A DNA stretch of 64,000 nucleotides from an uncultured Verrucomicrobiae bacterium (GTDB lineage: Bacteria > Verrucomicrobiota > Verrucomicrobiia > Chthoniobacterales > UBA10450), in assembly GCA_963735805.1 (NCBI GenBank), contig CAVTMK010000002.1, positions 1,568,001-1,632,000 on the forward strand, read 5' to 3'. Shown here piece by piece: positions 39,636-49,531 of this stretch; position 1 is the stretch's first letter, and the number at the start of each line of letters is the position of its first letter. The notes beneath the pieces are model-generated. The model did not search any database. It was not told where the DNA came from and saw only the letters and a list, made by a program, of their open reading frames with translations. The translations under genes and the position numbers were made by a program.

Positions 39636-41051
39636 GTGTTTATTATGGATGCCCTGATGACTAAGTTTTCCGTTCTAATTCTGGTCATTGTTATATCGCC
39701 AATGACTCCGATGCCTGCTTCGGCACAAGAAATCCTGGCACAAAGAGCGGCGCCCCAAAATTCTGAGAAAATTGGCTCGTTCGAACCCGGTGCCGGGGTC
39801 AACGACTCCAGCTACAGCCCGAACCCGCGTGCTGAGGATGTAAAATCATTCGATGCAGCTGCGGCCACACAAGCGTGGCTGGATAGCGTTCCGCGTGATC
39901 AACGAGAAAAGTCCAACGCTTATTTTGAAGGGGGTTACTGGCTGATCCTCTGGAATTTTCTCCTCACGGCGGCAATTTCGATCTTTCTGCTGGTGTCACG
40001 GTTTTCGGCGCGATTACGGGATTTGTCCGAAAGTCTTACGCGAATCAAGACTCTCCAGACCGCTTGCTATGCAATCCCATATTTGCTTTTCGTTTACGCA
40101 CTGACCTTTCCTCTCAATCTGTACGAAAACTTCTTTCGCGAGCATCAATACGGCATGGCGACCCAAAGTTTCGCCTCATGGTTTTGGGAACAGTTACTGG
40201 GCCTGGCGCTCACTTTAGTTGGTGGAACCTTGCTGCTGGTCGTTCTCTACACCGTCTTTCGCCGGGCACCACGCGGATGGTGGATTTGGGGAACTATGGT
40301 CATGATCATTTTCTCGGGAACCCTCTTCTTATTTGCACCGGTTTATATCGAACCGCTCTTTAATAGTTATAAGCCAATAACCGATCCAAAGATTCGAGAT
40401 CCAATTCTAGCAATGGCTCAAGCAAATGAAATTCCCGTGAAGCGGGTTTTTGAAGTGGATGCCTCCCGTCAAACCACGCGTGTAAGCGCCAATGTGTCCG
40501 GGTTACTGGGGACGACACGTGTTGCGCTCAATGATAATCTGCTTAAGCAATGCACGCTGCCAGAGATTCGCGCGGTGATGGCACATGAGATGGGGCACTA
40601 TGTCCTTAACCATGGTGCGAAACTGCTGACCTATCTTGGAATATTCATACTCGTTGGATTCGCGCTTACTCGGGTCCTCTTTGATGCCGCTCTAAGGCAC
40701 TGGGGAAAAAGCTGGGTTGTGCGCGGAATCAGCGACCCCGCAGGCCTTCCATTGCTCGTCCTGATTTTGAGTACGCTGCTTTTCATCGCGACGCCGTTCC
40801 TCAACACTCTCGTACGCATCACGGAGCGCGAAGCAGATGCTTTCGGGATCAACACGTCGCGCGAGCCCGACGGTATGGCAAAAGTCGCGCTGAAACTGGG
40901 CGAGTATCGCAAGCTAGACCCGACGCCGTTGGAAGAATTTATCTTTTTCGATCATCCCAGCGGACGCGCAAGAATTCGCATGGCAATGGATTGGAAAGGA
41001 GCAAATTTGCCAGCTGGAGAATCGCTCCCGTCCGCCAGGCCGGTTCATTGA
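39636..41051 (+). CDS. M48 (Ste24-like) membrane metallopeptidase
   Basis: HEMGH, EREAD, DHPS, multiple TM helices; start uncertain. Confidence 0.88.
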   Translation: MFIMDALMTKFSVLILVIVISPMTPMPASAQEILAQRAAPQNSEKIGSFEPGAGVNDSSYSPNPRAEDVKSFDAAAATQAWLDSVPRDQREKSNAYFEGGYWLILWNFLLTAAISIFLLVSRFSARLRDLSESLTRIKTLQTACYAIPYLLFVYALTFPLNLYENFFREHQYGMATQSFASWFWEQLLGLALTLVGGTLLLVVLYTVFRRAPRGWWIWGTMVMIIFSGTLFLFAPVYIEPLFNSYKPITDPKIRDPILAMAQANEIPVKRVFEVDASRQTTRVSANVSGLLGTTRVALNDNLLKQCTLPEIRAVMAHEMGHYVLNHGAKLLTYLGIFILVGFALTRVLFDAALRHWGKSWVVRGISDPAGLPLLVLILSTLLFIATPFLNTLVRITEREADAFGINTSREPDGMAKVALKLGEYRKLDPTPLEEFIFFDHPSGRARIRMAMDWKGANLPAGESLPSARPVH

Positions 41052-41092
41052 CCAGTCATCGCCATTTGAAGGGGGTCCACCCTGTTCCACCC

Positions 41093-41458
41093 CTAGCCCG
41101 TTTCGCGCGGGTGCTGCGAAGGCGCTGCGGCGGTGAAGGCAAATTTTCGCTTCCGAATCAGCATTAAGTTGCGGATGTAGATCAGTGAGTTTGGGAGATA
41201 CGCAAGAATCCCAACCGGATCGCGCCGAAAAATAAAGTAAATGCACATGAGCACACTGCCCGCAATGCTCCAGTACCAGAATGAGACTGGAATGATGCTC
41301 TCGCCCTGTCGCTCTGAAGCGAGCCATTGGACAAGGAAACGCATCGAAAAAAGAGCGTTCCCGATGAAACCAAGGACCATGAGATAACTCCAGTCCAGGC
41401 CAAAAAAGCGATACTCTTTCCCGATCCAGGTGATAGCGATGAGTGCAAGTGTGTTCAT
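41093..41458 (-). CDS. Lipid A biosynthesis N-terminal (LAB_N) domain protein
   Basis: GNALFSMRFLVQWLASE, PVSFWYWS, DPV, IYIRNL. Confidence 0.8.
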   Translation of the reverse strand: MNTLALIAITWIGKEYRFFGLDWSYLMVLGFIGNALFSMRFLVQWLASERQGESIIPVSFWYWSIAGSVLMCIYFIFRRDPVGILAYLPNSLIYIRNLMLIRKRKFAFTAAAPSQHPRETG

Positions 41459-41591
41459 AGGCAATTTATACGATTCAGCGATTTCATATCGAATCTGTCG
41501 CGATTTCATCCGGTGAACCGCAAACAAACCGCGAACGATTTAGACAGACAATTCCCGATACCGTAATGACCGGCTACTGAAAGCGCGAATT

Positions 41592-42473
41592 TTAGGATTG
41601 AATCTTCATTCGTGCAATCAGTGTATCGGCGATCGCAGCGGGAGTCTGCGCAACGGCGATATTTGCTGCCCTAAGCGCTTCGATCTTGCTTGCTGCCGTT
41701 CCCTTCCCCCCTGAAACAATCGCGCCAGCATGGCCCATCCGTCGACCTGGAGGGGCTGTCACTCCCGCAATAAAAGCCGCAACCGGTTTCCTGCAATTCT
41801 TCTTGATCCACTCGGCGGCTTCTTCCTCTGCCGATCCGCCAATTTCACCGATCAAAATTATTGCATCCGTACCCGGGTCTTCGTTGAACAGTTTCACGCA
41901 ATCAAGATGCGACAGGCCGCCGATCGGATCGCCGCCGATTCCGATGCAAGTCGATTGACCGTATCCACGCGACGTCAGTTGCCAGACCGCTTCGTAAGTA
42001 AGTGTGCCGGAACGCGAGATGACGCCTATGCTGCCTGGCTTATGAATATACCCCGGCATGATGCCGATCTTGCAAGCGCCGGGAGTGATGATTCCCGGGC
42101 AGTTCGGCCCGATCAGTCGCGATCGATTTCCGTGCATCAGCGCTTTGACTCGCATCATGTCCATCACCGGTATTCCTTCGGTGATGCAAACAACCAGTTC
42201 CACACCACCATCAACGGCTTCGAGAATTGAATCGGCAGCCGCCGGCGCAGGCACAAAAACCATGGAGGCATTGCAGTCGGTCTTTTGTCGTGCCTCCCAC
42301 ACCGTGTCGAATACCGGCACTTTGCCATCGAACATCTGTCCGCCTTTGCCCGGAGTGACACCCGCAACAACGTTTGTGCCGTAATCCATGCATTGCCGCG
42401 TGTGAAATGCACCTGCGCTGCCGGTAATTCCCTGCACAACGAGCCGCGTATTTCTATCTGCTAGGATTGACAT
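41592..42473 (-). CDS. sucD: Succinyl-CoA synthetase alpha subunit
   Basis: [27 protein letters not shown]. Confidence 0.96.
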   Translation of the reverse strand: MSILADRNTRLVVQGITGSAGAFHTRQCMDYGTNVVAGVTPGKGGQMFDGKVPVFDTVWEARQKTDCNASMVFVPAPAAADSILEAVDGGVELVVCITEGIPVMDMMRVKALMHGNRSRLIGPNCPGIITPGACKIGIMPGYIHKPGSIGVISRSGTLTYEAVWQLTSRGYGQSTCIGIGGDPIGGLSHLDCVKLFNEDPGTDAIILIGEIGGSAEEEAAEWIKKNCRKPVAAFIAGVTAPPGRRMGHAGAIVSGGKGTAASKIEALRAANIAVAQTPAAIADTLIARMKIQS

Positions 42474-42484
42474 GGTACTAGTGG

Positions 42485-42585
42485 CGAATGACGAAGGTCT
42501 AATGGCGAAGCAACGACGAACTCGGAATGACCAAATGAAACTTGCATACCTTCGTCACTCGAGCATTCGGGCAGTGTTCGTCATT
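42485..42585. repeat. Heptamer-periodic inverted-repeat element
   Basis: aatgacgaa (42487) ... ttcgtcatt (42585) with cgaatga/tcattcg-like units. Confidence 0.6.
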
Positions 42586-42934
42586 TCTTTCGCTTGTGAA
42601 TGAGCAGCTTGTTTCCGTCTGGATCGCGAAATTGAGCCATCCAGCAAACTGGGGTCTCAGTCTTTTCGATGTCGAAGGTCACACCGCGTTCTTTAAGCTT
42701 GTCGAACGCGGCATCGATATCGTCTACCTCAAAGGCAATCGTCGTGCCGTCGCGCGACGGTTTCCACGCCGGGTGACAACCCACCCCAATCGTGGTTGGG
42801 CCAAGGTCGTATTCGATCCAGGCACCATCCATCTGGGTTCGGGCAGGTTGTAGTTCGAGTGTCTCCTGATAAAACTTTCGGGCTTGCTCCTTGTCCGAAA
42901 CAGCGACCGCAATAAACGCAATTTCTTTAATCAT
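42581..42934 (-). CDS. VOC/glyoxalase family protein
   Basis: ARKFY, IAFEVDD, FRDPDGN. Confidence 0.85.
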   Translation of the reverse strand: MIKEIAFIAVAVSDKEQARKFYQETLELQPARTQMDGAWIEYDLGPTTIGVGCHPAWKPSRDGTTIAFEVDDIDAAFDKLKERGVTFDIEKTETPVCWMAQFRDPDGNKLLIHKRKK

Positions 42935-42938
42935 AACG

Positions 42939-43301
42939 TCACGTGTTTTTCAGTTTATGGATGATGATTTTATTACCATCCGGATCCCGCACGACTGCCA
43001 TCCAGCATACCGGACTCTCTATGTCTTCGGAGGCAAAAGAAGCTTTCGCTTGTTTCAAGCTCTTGATCGCAGCGTCAAAGTCTTCCACTTCAATGGCGAC
43101 GCTGGTCCCGTCTTCAGATGGCTTCCATTGATCGCCCAGGCTGGCGATGGCCAGCGTGTCGGGGCCAATTTCGTACTCCACCCAAACACCGTCGCCAAAT
43201 TCACCTGAGACCTTGAGTCCAAGGACTCCTTCGTAAAAAGCACGGGCACGTTTCATATCAGTTACCGGGATTCCAGTGAACGCGATCTTTTTAGCTTTCA
43301 T
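42939..43301 (-). CDS. VOC/glyoxalase family protein
   Basis: [26 protein letters not shown] overlap with sucC. Confidence 0.85.
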   Translation of the reverse strand: MKAKKIAFTGIPVTDMKRARAFYEGVLGLKVSGEFGDGVWVEYEIGPDTLAIASLGDQWKPSEDGTSVAIEVEDFDAAIKSLKQAKASFASEDIESPVCWMAVVRDPDGNKIIIHKLKNT

Positions 43302-44488
43302 TTTTCTCCTGCTGCCGCTTTAACGGCCTTTTGGGCGGCATCGGCCAAATCGTCAGCCGCGAGGACGGCCAGACCCGAATCCGCGATCAATTTCTTTCCT
43401 GCTTCGACATTGGTTCCTTCGAGGCGAACAACCAGAGGCACGGATAGCTTTAACGTCTTCGCTGCGTTGATGATTCCCTGCGCAATGATGTCACATTTCA
43501 TGATACCGCCGAAAATGTTGACGAGAATCGCTTTTACTTTCTTGTCGGCGATCAGAATTTTAAACGCTTCAGTCACCTGTTCTTCTGTGGCGCCGCCGCC
43601 GACATCAAGAAAGTTGGCCGGCTCCCCACCATAGAACTTGATGATGTCCATCGTGGCCATCGCGAGGCCGGCTCCGTTCACCAGGCAGGCAATGTTGCCA
43701 TCGAGTCCGATGTAATTAAGACCATGCTTCGACGCTTCGACTTCCCGCGGGTCTTCCTCGGCAATATCGCGCAGCGCCGCGACTTCTGGATGACGATATA
43801 TGGCATTATCATCGAAGTTAAACTTCGCATCGAGCGCCAGCACATCGCCTTTGCTTGTCACAACGAGCGGGTTTACCTCGACCATGGAACAATCGTACGC
43901 AATGAACGTGCGGTAGAGTCCTTCAAATAAGGTCGAAGCGCTCTTCAACTGTGACGAGTCAAAGCCAAGTTGTCTTGCCAGTTTCCGAGTCTGAAATGGC
44001 TGCAGGCCCGCCAACGGATTGATTGGTTCCCGAATAATTTTCTCGGGCGATTTCGCAGCCACGGCTTCAATTTCAACTCCGCCTTCAGTGCTGGCGACAA
44101 TTACCGGCGCAGCGGTCGCTCGATCTAACAAGACCGCAAAATAAATTTCGCGCGCAATGTCAGCGGATTCCGCGACCAGCACTTTATTTACTTTGCGACC
44201 GGCCGGCCCTGTCTGATGTGTGACCAGAATCTCACCAAGCATCTTTGCCGCCACGTCGCCCACCTCCGCTGGTGTTTTGCGAACGTGTACTCCCCCTCTG
44301 AATCCGTTTGTGAACGTGCCTTTGCCACGGCCGCCAGCGTGAATCTGCGCTTTAACGACGATATCAATATCACCGAGTTCCCGTGCGATTTGCTCTGCTT
44401 CGTCAAGTGTTGATGCGACCCTCCCTCTTGTCGTCGCTACATCAAATTTCTTCAGCAATTCCCTGGCTTGATATTCGTGGATATTCAT
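43298..44488 (-). CDS. sucC: Succinyl-CoA synthetase beta subunit
   Basis: [36 protein letters not shown]. Confidence 0.97.
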   Translation of the reverse strand: MNIHEYQARELLKKFDVATTRGRVASTLDEAEQIARELGDIDIVVKAQIHAGGRGKGTFTNGFRGGVHVRKTPAEVGDVAAKMLGEILVTHQTGPAGRKVNKVLVAESADIAREIYFAVLLDRATAAPVIVASTEGGVEIEAVAAKSPEKIIREPINPLAGLQPFQTRKLARQLGFDSSQLKSASTLFEGLYRTFIAYDCSMVEVNPLVVTSKGDVLALDAKFNFDDNAIYRHPEVAALRDIAEEDPREVEASKHGLNYIGLDGNIACLVNGAGLAMATMDIIKFYGGEPANFLDVGGGATEEQVTEAFKILIADKKVKAILVNIFGGIMKCDIIAQGIINAAKTLKLSVPLVVRLEGTNVEAGKKLIADSGLAVLAADDLADAAQKAVKAAAGEK

Positions 44489-44593
44489 CTGTGGCTGAGC
44501 AGAAGTGGAATTAGCGTGCTACAGGCTGGTCAGCAACGGTTTTCTCATAATCTGCTTGCGTTACGCGAATCGAAGCCCCTACCCTGACCACCT

Positions 44594-45055
44594 ATGAACA
44601 ACCTCTCGAGAATCAGCATCTTAGCTTGTGCTGTGCTAATCACACTTTCCCTTTCGCTGCACGCTGGCGTTTCCCCGCAAGAGAAAGCATTTACCGACAA
44701 ATATAAAACTGCGTTTGAAGGAAAGGACACAACTACGTTGGAATCGTTCCTTTACACGCAAGGCGCCGACCCGGCGATTGTCGGTTTCTACAAGATGATG
44801 CAGTCGGGAGAGGCCGGGGAGAAAATCTCCAACATCGAGCTGGTCGATCTTACGCCGGAGGATGCGAAAAAAGCAGCGACGGCAATGGATTCGCCGACAG
44901 GCGGTAAAGTTTGCCTGACACTCAAACCGACTAAAAAGTTGATCATCAAAGTCGAGAAAAAAGACGCCAACGGCAGTTCAACCAGTACGAGCGAAAACTT
45001 CATCGCCGAGAAAGACGGCAAGTTTGTTATTCCTGTGCCAGGACCGTGTAAGTGA
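44594..45055 (+). CDS. Hypothetical exported protein
   Basis: Signal peptide; two Cys that could form a disulfide. Confidence 0.7.
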   Translation: MNNLSRISILACAVLITLSLSLHAGVSPQEKAFTDKYKTAFEGKDTTTLESFLYTQGADPAIVGFYKMMQSGEAGEKISNIELVDLTPEDAKKAATAMDSPTGGKVCLTLKPTKKLIIKVEKKDANGSSTSTSENFIAEKDGKFVIPVPGPCK

Positions 45056-45089
45056 CCGGTCGGAAGCGGATCACAGGAATGCAAATGCT

Positions 45090-45113
45090 GTAGCCACGGC
45101 GCTGTGCGCCGTG
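45090..45113 (+). repeat. GTAG-type REP palindrome
   Basis: GTAG C cacggcgc tgt gcgccgtg between convergent genes. Confidence 0.55.
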
Positions 45114-45138
45114 CCGATCTATACGGGCAACGTTGCCC

Positions 45139-45660
45139 CTATTTTCTTCCCACTTCGAAAAGCGTTCCTACAGTGCGCTGCTCCGTCGGAGGTTCGAGGG
45201 AGTTAACAAAATCCCGAAAGCGTTTGGAGAAGACCTCAGGACGAAGATTCCAATACTGGGCCATCCCGGGCGCGGCAATGTAATGCCGGAGAAGTCCATG
45301 CCAGCCCTCAAAGAGCTGTTTGTCCATCAATCCATAAATATAATGAAAATGAATCGTCTCGAACGCTTTCAAGAATTGATAGGCAGCGTGGAAAAAACGC
45401 GCCCGCTCCTCGACAGAAAGCGAATCGATGTCTTCCAGACCAACCCGCCAGATTCTTTCCACTTCAGCGTTCTCCATGAAAGGTTTGGTGACCTCTCGCA
45501 GGGCTGTCGCCGCGGCGTCTTGTGTTGCAAGCTTGGCCACACGCGTGCCCCGATGCACTTGCAACGCGAGGTATAACACCGACAAAACGACGGCTATCGA
45601 ACCGACTAATTGTGAAACTGCACTAATAGCGTCCCAGTTCATCTCCGCTAAAATTTTCAC
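45139..45660 (-). CDS. Hypothetical protein with an N-terminal TM helix
   Basis: MNWDAISAVSQLVGSIAVVLSVLYLALQV followed by a helical domain. Confidence 0.7.
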   Translation of the reverse strand: MKILAEMNWDAISAVSQLVGSIAVVLSVLYLALQVHRGTRVAKLATQDAAATALREVTKPFMENAEVERIWRVGLEDIDSLSVEERARFFHAAYQFLKAFETIHFHYIYGLMDKQLFEGWHGLLRHYIAAPGMAQYWNLRPEVFSKRFRDFVNSLEPPTEQRTVGTLFEVGRK

Positions 45661-45733
45661 TCAGGGGTGTGGACGAAATAAGATAACAGGAAGTAGTAGA
45701 AGTAGCTCGCTCTGTTTTCCCCAGGGATCAATG

Positions 45734-46219
45734 TTACTGAGTTTTAACAAAAGTATGCAACACGGCTAGCCACTTTCCGCCGCGTTTGTTCCAGAGTGTA
45801 GCCGCGTAATAGGTACCTGACGTGTCATGCCCAGATGAGGTGGATTGCGTAGTAACTTTGTATTTCGCTATTGCCATTTTGGGACTCAACAGCGTCACTT
45901 TCATATCGGCGAACGAGTAATTCCGGAGATCAGTCTTCTGCATGTCCTCGACTTCAGCGTCCGCATCTTTGATTCCTTCCGCGTCAACCGCGCTGAACTC
46001 AGGATCCAGATATTGCTTAAACAAATTTGTCTGCTTGTTCTTGAACGCGTCCGTGACGGATTTTTCCAACTTTACTATTGTCGCCTCCTTGGTCGCCGAT
46101 CTGATCGTCTTAAACGGAGTGGCACTTGGGCTCAGGCTTGGGCTCGGACTCTCCTGACCAAAGCAAATGGAAGCGGCTGCAACCAAACTAAAACAACAAA
46201 TAATAAATCGCCTTTTCAT
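45734..46219 (-). CDS. Exported NTF2-like (DUF4440-type) protein
   Basis: Signal peptide, SPSP linker, WNKRGGKWLAVLH. Confidence 0.72.
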   Translation of the reverse strand: MKRRFIICCFSLVAAASICFGQESPSPSLSPSATPFKTIRSATKEATIVKLEKSVTDAFKNKQTNLFKQYLDPEFSAVDAEGIKDADAEVEDMQKTDLRNYSFADMKVTLLSPKMAIAKYKVTTQSTSSGHDTSGTYYAATLWNKRGGKWLAVLHTFVKTQ

Positions 46220-46376
46220 AGTGGATTCTTAGGACAGTCCAATACCGCGGTCGACTTTTTTCTGACTTCCTGACCGCTGATCTTTGATCGATCAGCGCGA
46301 AGTCGAACTCAGAAATCCCGAAAGCGCGCAGAAGCTATTAAGCAAATTTTGATTCGCACTCGGCATTCGGTCGTGG

Positions 46377-47198
46377 TCAGCGCGTCGCTCTAGCTTTGTG
46401 GACTACCCAGCCAAGCGCGGCATTGGGAGTAGTAGGAAGAGCACGCAGCTCTGCGAATCCCGCCGCGAGCTGCGATGCGCGCGCTCCACCTGTTTGAGCA
46501 AGGCCTGGCAGCGTGCTCTCGACAACTCCGGCGACGTATGGGACCTGGCGGAGGAGGTCCTTGCTAGCATAAGCCAGCCGAATCTCTCCGGGATCAACGG
46601 AGCTAAACCCTGCTTCCGCTAGCCATTCGGGAAGACGGGTGCCGGCGTCGCTTCGACCCGCACTCTCCATCGTACGGGCCACAGTAACAAACAATGCTTT
46701 GAGCGCCTCGCTGGCTGGGGAGGCCCATATGGTATTGTAATCAACCTCAATCGCCGTCACGGCGCCGTTTGGGGCGAGCACCCGTCGGGCCTCACGCAGA
46801 GCGGCTACTGGATCCGCCAAGTGCTCGAGGACCCACATCATCCAAACGTGATCGAAGAATGCGTCGGGCCACGGAAGTCCGAGTGCATTCGCCTGGCGAA
46901 GGTCAGCCTTCAGACCGAGCCGAGCGAGGTGAGCGTGAGCTGCTTCCAGTTGGCGCGCCTCGATGTCCACACCAGCCAATACGACTCCAGGAAAAGCCAT
47001 GCCGAGGATGCCCAGCACGGCACCGACACCACACCCGACTTCTAGCAGGCGCGTTCCGGGAGCGAGTGTCGTCCCAGCAAGAATCAATTCGTCCCGCCAG
47101 TGCTCTGCCTGCCGCAGTAGACGTTCTTGCTCTGCGGTTGCGTAGCCGTGAACGTACTCCTCACCTATTTGGGTGCTCGCAGCGTCTAACTTTTTCAC
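46377..47198 (-). CDS. Class I SAM-dependent methyltransferase
   Basis: YVHGY, LEVGCGVG, VLEHLADP. Confidence 0.85.
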   Translation of the reverse strand: MKKLDAASTQIGEEYVHGYATAEQERLLRQAEHWRDELILAGTTLAPGTRLLEVGCGVGAVLGILGMAFPGVVLAGVDIEARQLEAAHAHLARLGLKADLRQANALGLPWPDAFFDHVWMMWVLEHLADPVAALREARRVLAPNGAVTAIEVDYNTIWASPASEALKALFVTVARTMESAGRSDAGTRLPEWLAEAGFSSVDPGEIRLAYASKDLLRQVPYVAGVVESTLPGLAQTGGARASQLAAGFAELRALPTTPNAALGWVVHKARATR

Positions 47199-47310
47199 TG
47201 TGGACGCCTAGGCCAAAACGCCAACTCGGTCGAATATTTTTTGCCCGATGGCTTTTAATTCGCCGAAGAACAGATGCGGTTTGGCGACAGCCTGACTTGA
47301 GCCGTTCTCT

Positions 47311-48327
47311 TCACTCAACCGCCGACGACGGCGGCTCGGGTGGAAGATTCGCGGAAGGTGCTACCGGTGGCGGAGCAGCTGATAAGATGGGCAGGAATTC
47401 AGACGGCATGAAGCTTGCCCACACGTCGTAATCCGGCCCGAACTGGCGAAGAAACACAAGTGAAAACGAGCGAAACAAAACAAACACCGGCAGCAAAATT
47501 ACAGTGCCGATGTAAGGAAGTGCGGCGACGCAGCAGGTGAGGCAGATGGCAAAGCAACTGATCAATCCAGTAGCGATTACGAGGACGATCAGGAACAAAC
47601 AATAGAGAAGGATCTCCCCGGGATGCGCTGCGATCAATGATACCGCTGCGCGAAAAGCGTCATAGGGTCGACAACGACGGCGGTACATCACGGGCAGCAT
47701 GAAGCTCGTGACCAGCGCCCAGACAACGATCACAAGCAGGATCACGAACACCCAGGCGGCGATTGCCAAGACGACGTAAACATCCAAGCGATCGCGATGC
47801 AGAGACAGGTAGTAACGACCTTTGATCGCCAGGATAATGAGCGGCAGCGAGACCAACGCTGCGAACATGACAACGACAAAAGTAGCCACTAGCGAAAAGA
47901 GAAAGTAGCTGTTGCCCTCTTTTTGAAATTCGCGCCACGGTTCGGCGATTGCGCCGCGGTTCTTTACCAGACAGTCGATGAACATGAAACCGCCGCGCGC
48001 TCGCAACCATGTAAACAAAACGATAAAAACAAGGACAACGAAAATCAGAAGAGAAATACCAAGCACCAGAATCGGATGCGGAATCTGACTGATCACATCA
48101 TTTACTTTCTGCACTTCCTCGTGGCGATTGAATTGATAATTAAAATTGCCGCCACCACTACCCAGGTTTGCCAGCCATGCCGCAAAGCCAATAATGAACC
48201 ATTTTTTCAAATCGAATGGGTGAAAAAGAATTTTCTTTGTCAACTCGAAAGCTTCACCAAACGGTTTGAAGATCTCGATGTCTCGGTCTGTGGCGTTCAT
48301 GGGATGCATTTTGAAACGCTTCGACAT
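47311..48327 (-). CDS. Hypothetical multi-TM membrane protein
   Basis: Several hydrophobic helices, Pro-rich tail. Confidence 0.7.
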   Translation of the reverse strand: MSKRFKMHPMNATDRDIEIFKPFGEAFELTKKILFHPFDLKKWFIIGFAAWLANLGSGGGNFNYQFNRHEEVQKVNDVISQIPHPILVLGISLLIFVVLVFIVLFTWLRARGGFMFIDCLVKNRGAIAEPWREFQKEGNSYFLFSLVATFVVVMFAALVSLPLIILAIKGRYYLSLHRDRLDVYVVLAIAAWVFVILLVIVVWALVTSFMLPVMYRRRCRPYDAFRAAVSLIAAHPGEILLYCLFLIVLVIATGLISCFAICLTCCVAALPYIGTVILLPVFVLFRSFSLVFLRQFGPDYDVWASFMPSEFLPILSAAPPPVAPSANLPPEPPSSAVE

Positions 48328-48539
48328 CTGCGATCAATCCTCAAAACCGCCGGAACGCGCTTTGTTTTACAAGTCACATGCTCCGCGCAGCCAGCTGCAA
48401 GGCTTGAACCTCTCGTTGCGAGCACCAGTTCGGCTCCCTAATGGCTGCTTCACTTCGTCACAATTTGCATTGGCCGATTGTCAATGCGTGCTGCAAGATC
48501 GATGGCGATAAACATGAAACATTCAACACATGCTATCGA

Positions 48540-49472
48540 ATGAAGACCGGTAACATCCCTTTTCTCAACGAAGGTCAGATCCGCCAGCATTTGCGTATGA
48601 CCGACTTGATTCCAGCGATGGAGAAAGCGCTAATTGATTTCTCGGACGGCAAAGTAACTCAACCGGTGCGCTCGGTCATCAAGGTCGATCCTCCGGGCGG
48701 GTTCCTTGGGTTGATGCCCGCGTTAACACCGGACGGACTTGGACTAAAGGCAGTTACCTTCTATCCGTCGAACGTGGAGCGCAGGATTCCGACGCACATG
48801 GCGACGATTTTTCTTATCGATCCGCAGACCGGCACGCCATTGGCAATCATGGATGGAAGGTTGATCACCGAGATGCGCACTGCTGCCGTTTCCGCCGTGG
48901 CAACGAAACTTCTCGCGCCACAAGACTCAAGAATTCTCGCGATTCTCGGAAGCGGTGTGCAGGGGCGCAGCCACGCCGAAGCGCTGCGACTCGTTAGGCA
49001 CCTTGACGCAATTCGCGTTTGGAGTCCAACGCGCGAACGCGCGGAGCAATTCGCCAAGGAAATTGGCGCAAAGGCAATGCCTGCCGAAGACGCAGTGCGC
49101 GGTGCAGATGTTGTAGTCACCGCCACGAACGCGAAGACACCGGTGCTAAAAGGTTCCTGGCTCAAACCGGGTTGTCACGTCAACGCCGTTGGTGCATGTC
49201 GTCCAGATTGGCGCGAATTAGATGATGATGCGATGGCGAACGTCCTGTTCGTTGATTCGCGCGAAGGCGCGATGAAAGAATCGGGCGATATCATTTTATC
49301 GCATGCAAAGATTTATGCGGAATTGGGTGAAGCGCTCACCGGTAAAGTTCCATCCCGCGCAGATGAAACGACAATCTTCAAGTCGCTTGGCATGGCCGTG
49401 GAAGATATTGCCGCGGCTATGTTGGTGTATCGATCGGCAATTCAACCCGACATTGAGCCTGCTGGAATCTGA
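48540..49472 (+). CDS. Ornithine cyclodeaminase/mu-crystallin family protein
   Basis: ITEMRTAAVS, GSGVQG, FKSLGMAVED. Confidence 0.9.
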   Translation: MKTGNIPFLNEGQIRQHLRMTDLIPAMEKALIDFSDGKVTQPVRSVIKVDPPGGFLGLMPALTPDGLGLKAVTFYPSNVERRIPTHMATIFLIDPQTGTPLAIMDGRLITEMRTAAVSAVATKLLAPQDSRILAILGSGVQGRSHAEALRLVRHLDAIRVWSPTRERAEQFAKEIGAKAMPAEDAVRGADVVVTATNAKTPVLKGSWLKPGCHVNAVGACRPDWRELDDDAMANVLFVDSREGAMKESGDIILSHAKIYAELGEALTGKVPSRADETTIFKSLGMAVEDIAAAMLVYRSAIQPDIEPAGI

Positions 49473-49531
49473 AGCGGATCGTTCAAGACAAACGCTTGCA
49501 AAGCGTAAACACGCCGGAACAATTGCCTGCA

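Noticed and set aside
47184..47215. GTCTAAC / GCCTAGG near the methyltransferase start as an attC
   Set aside because: No partner box or L-box stem could be found.
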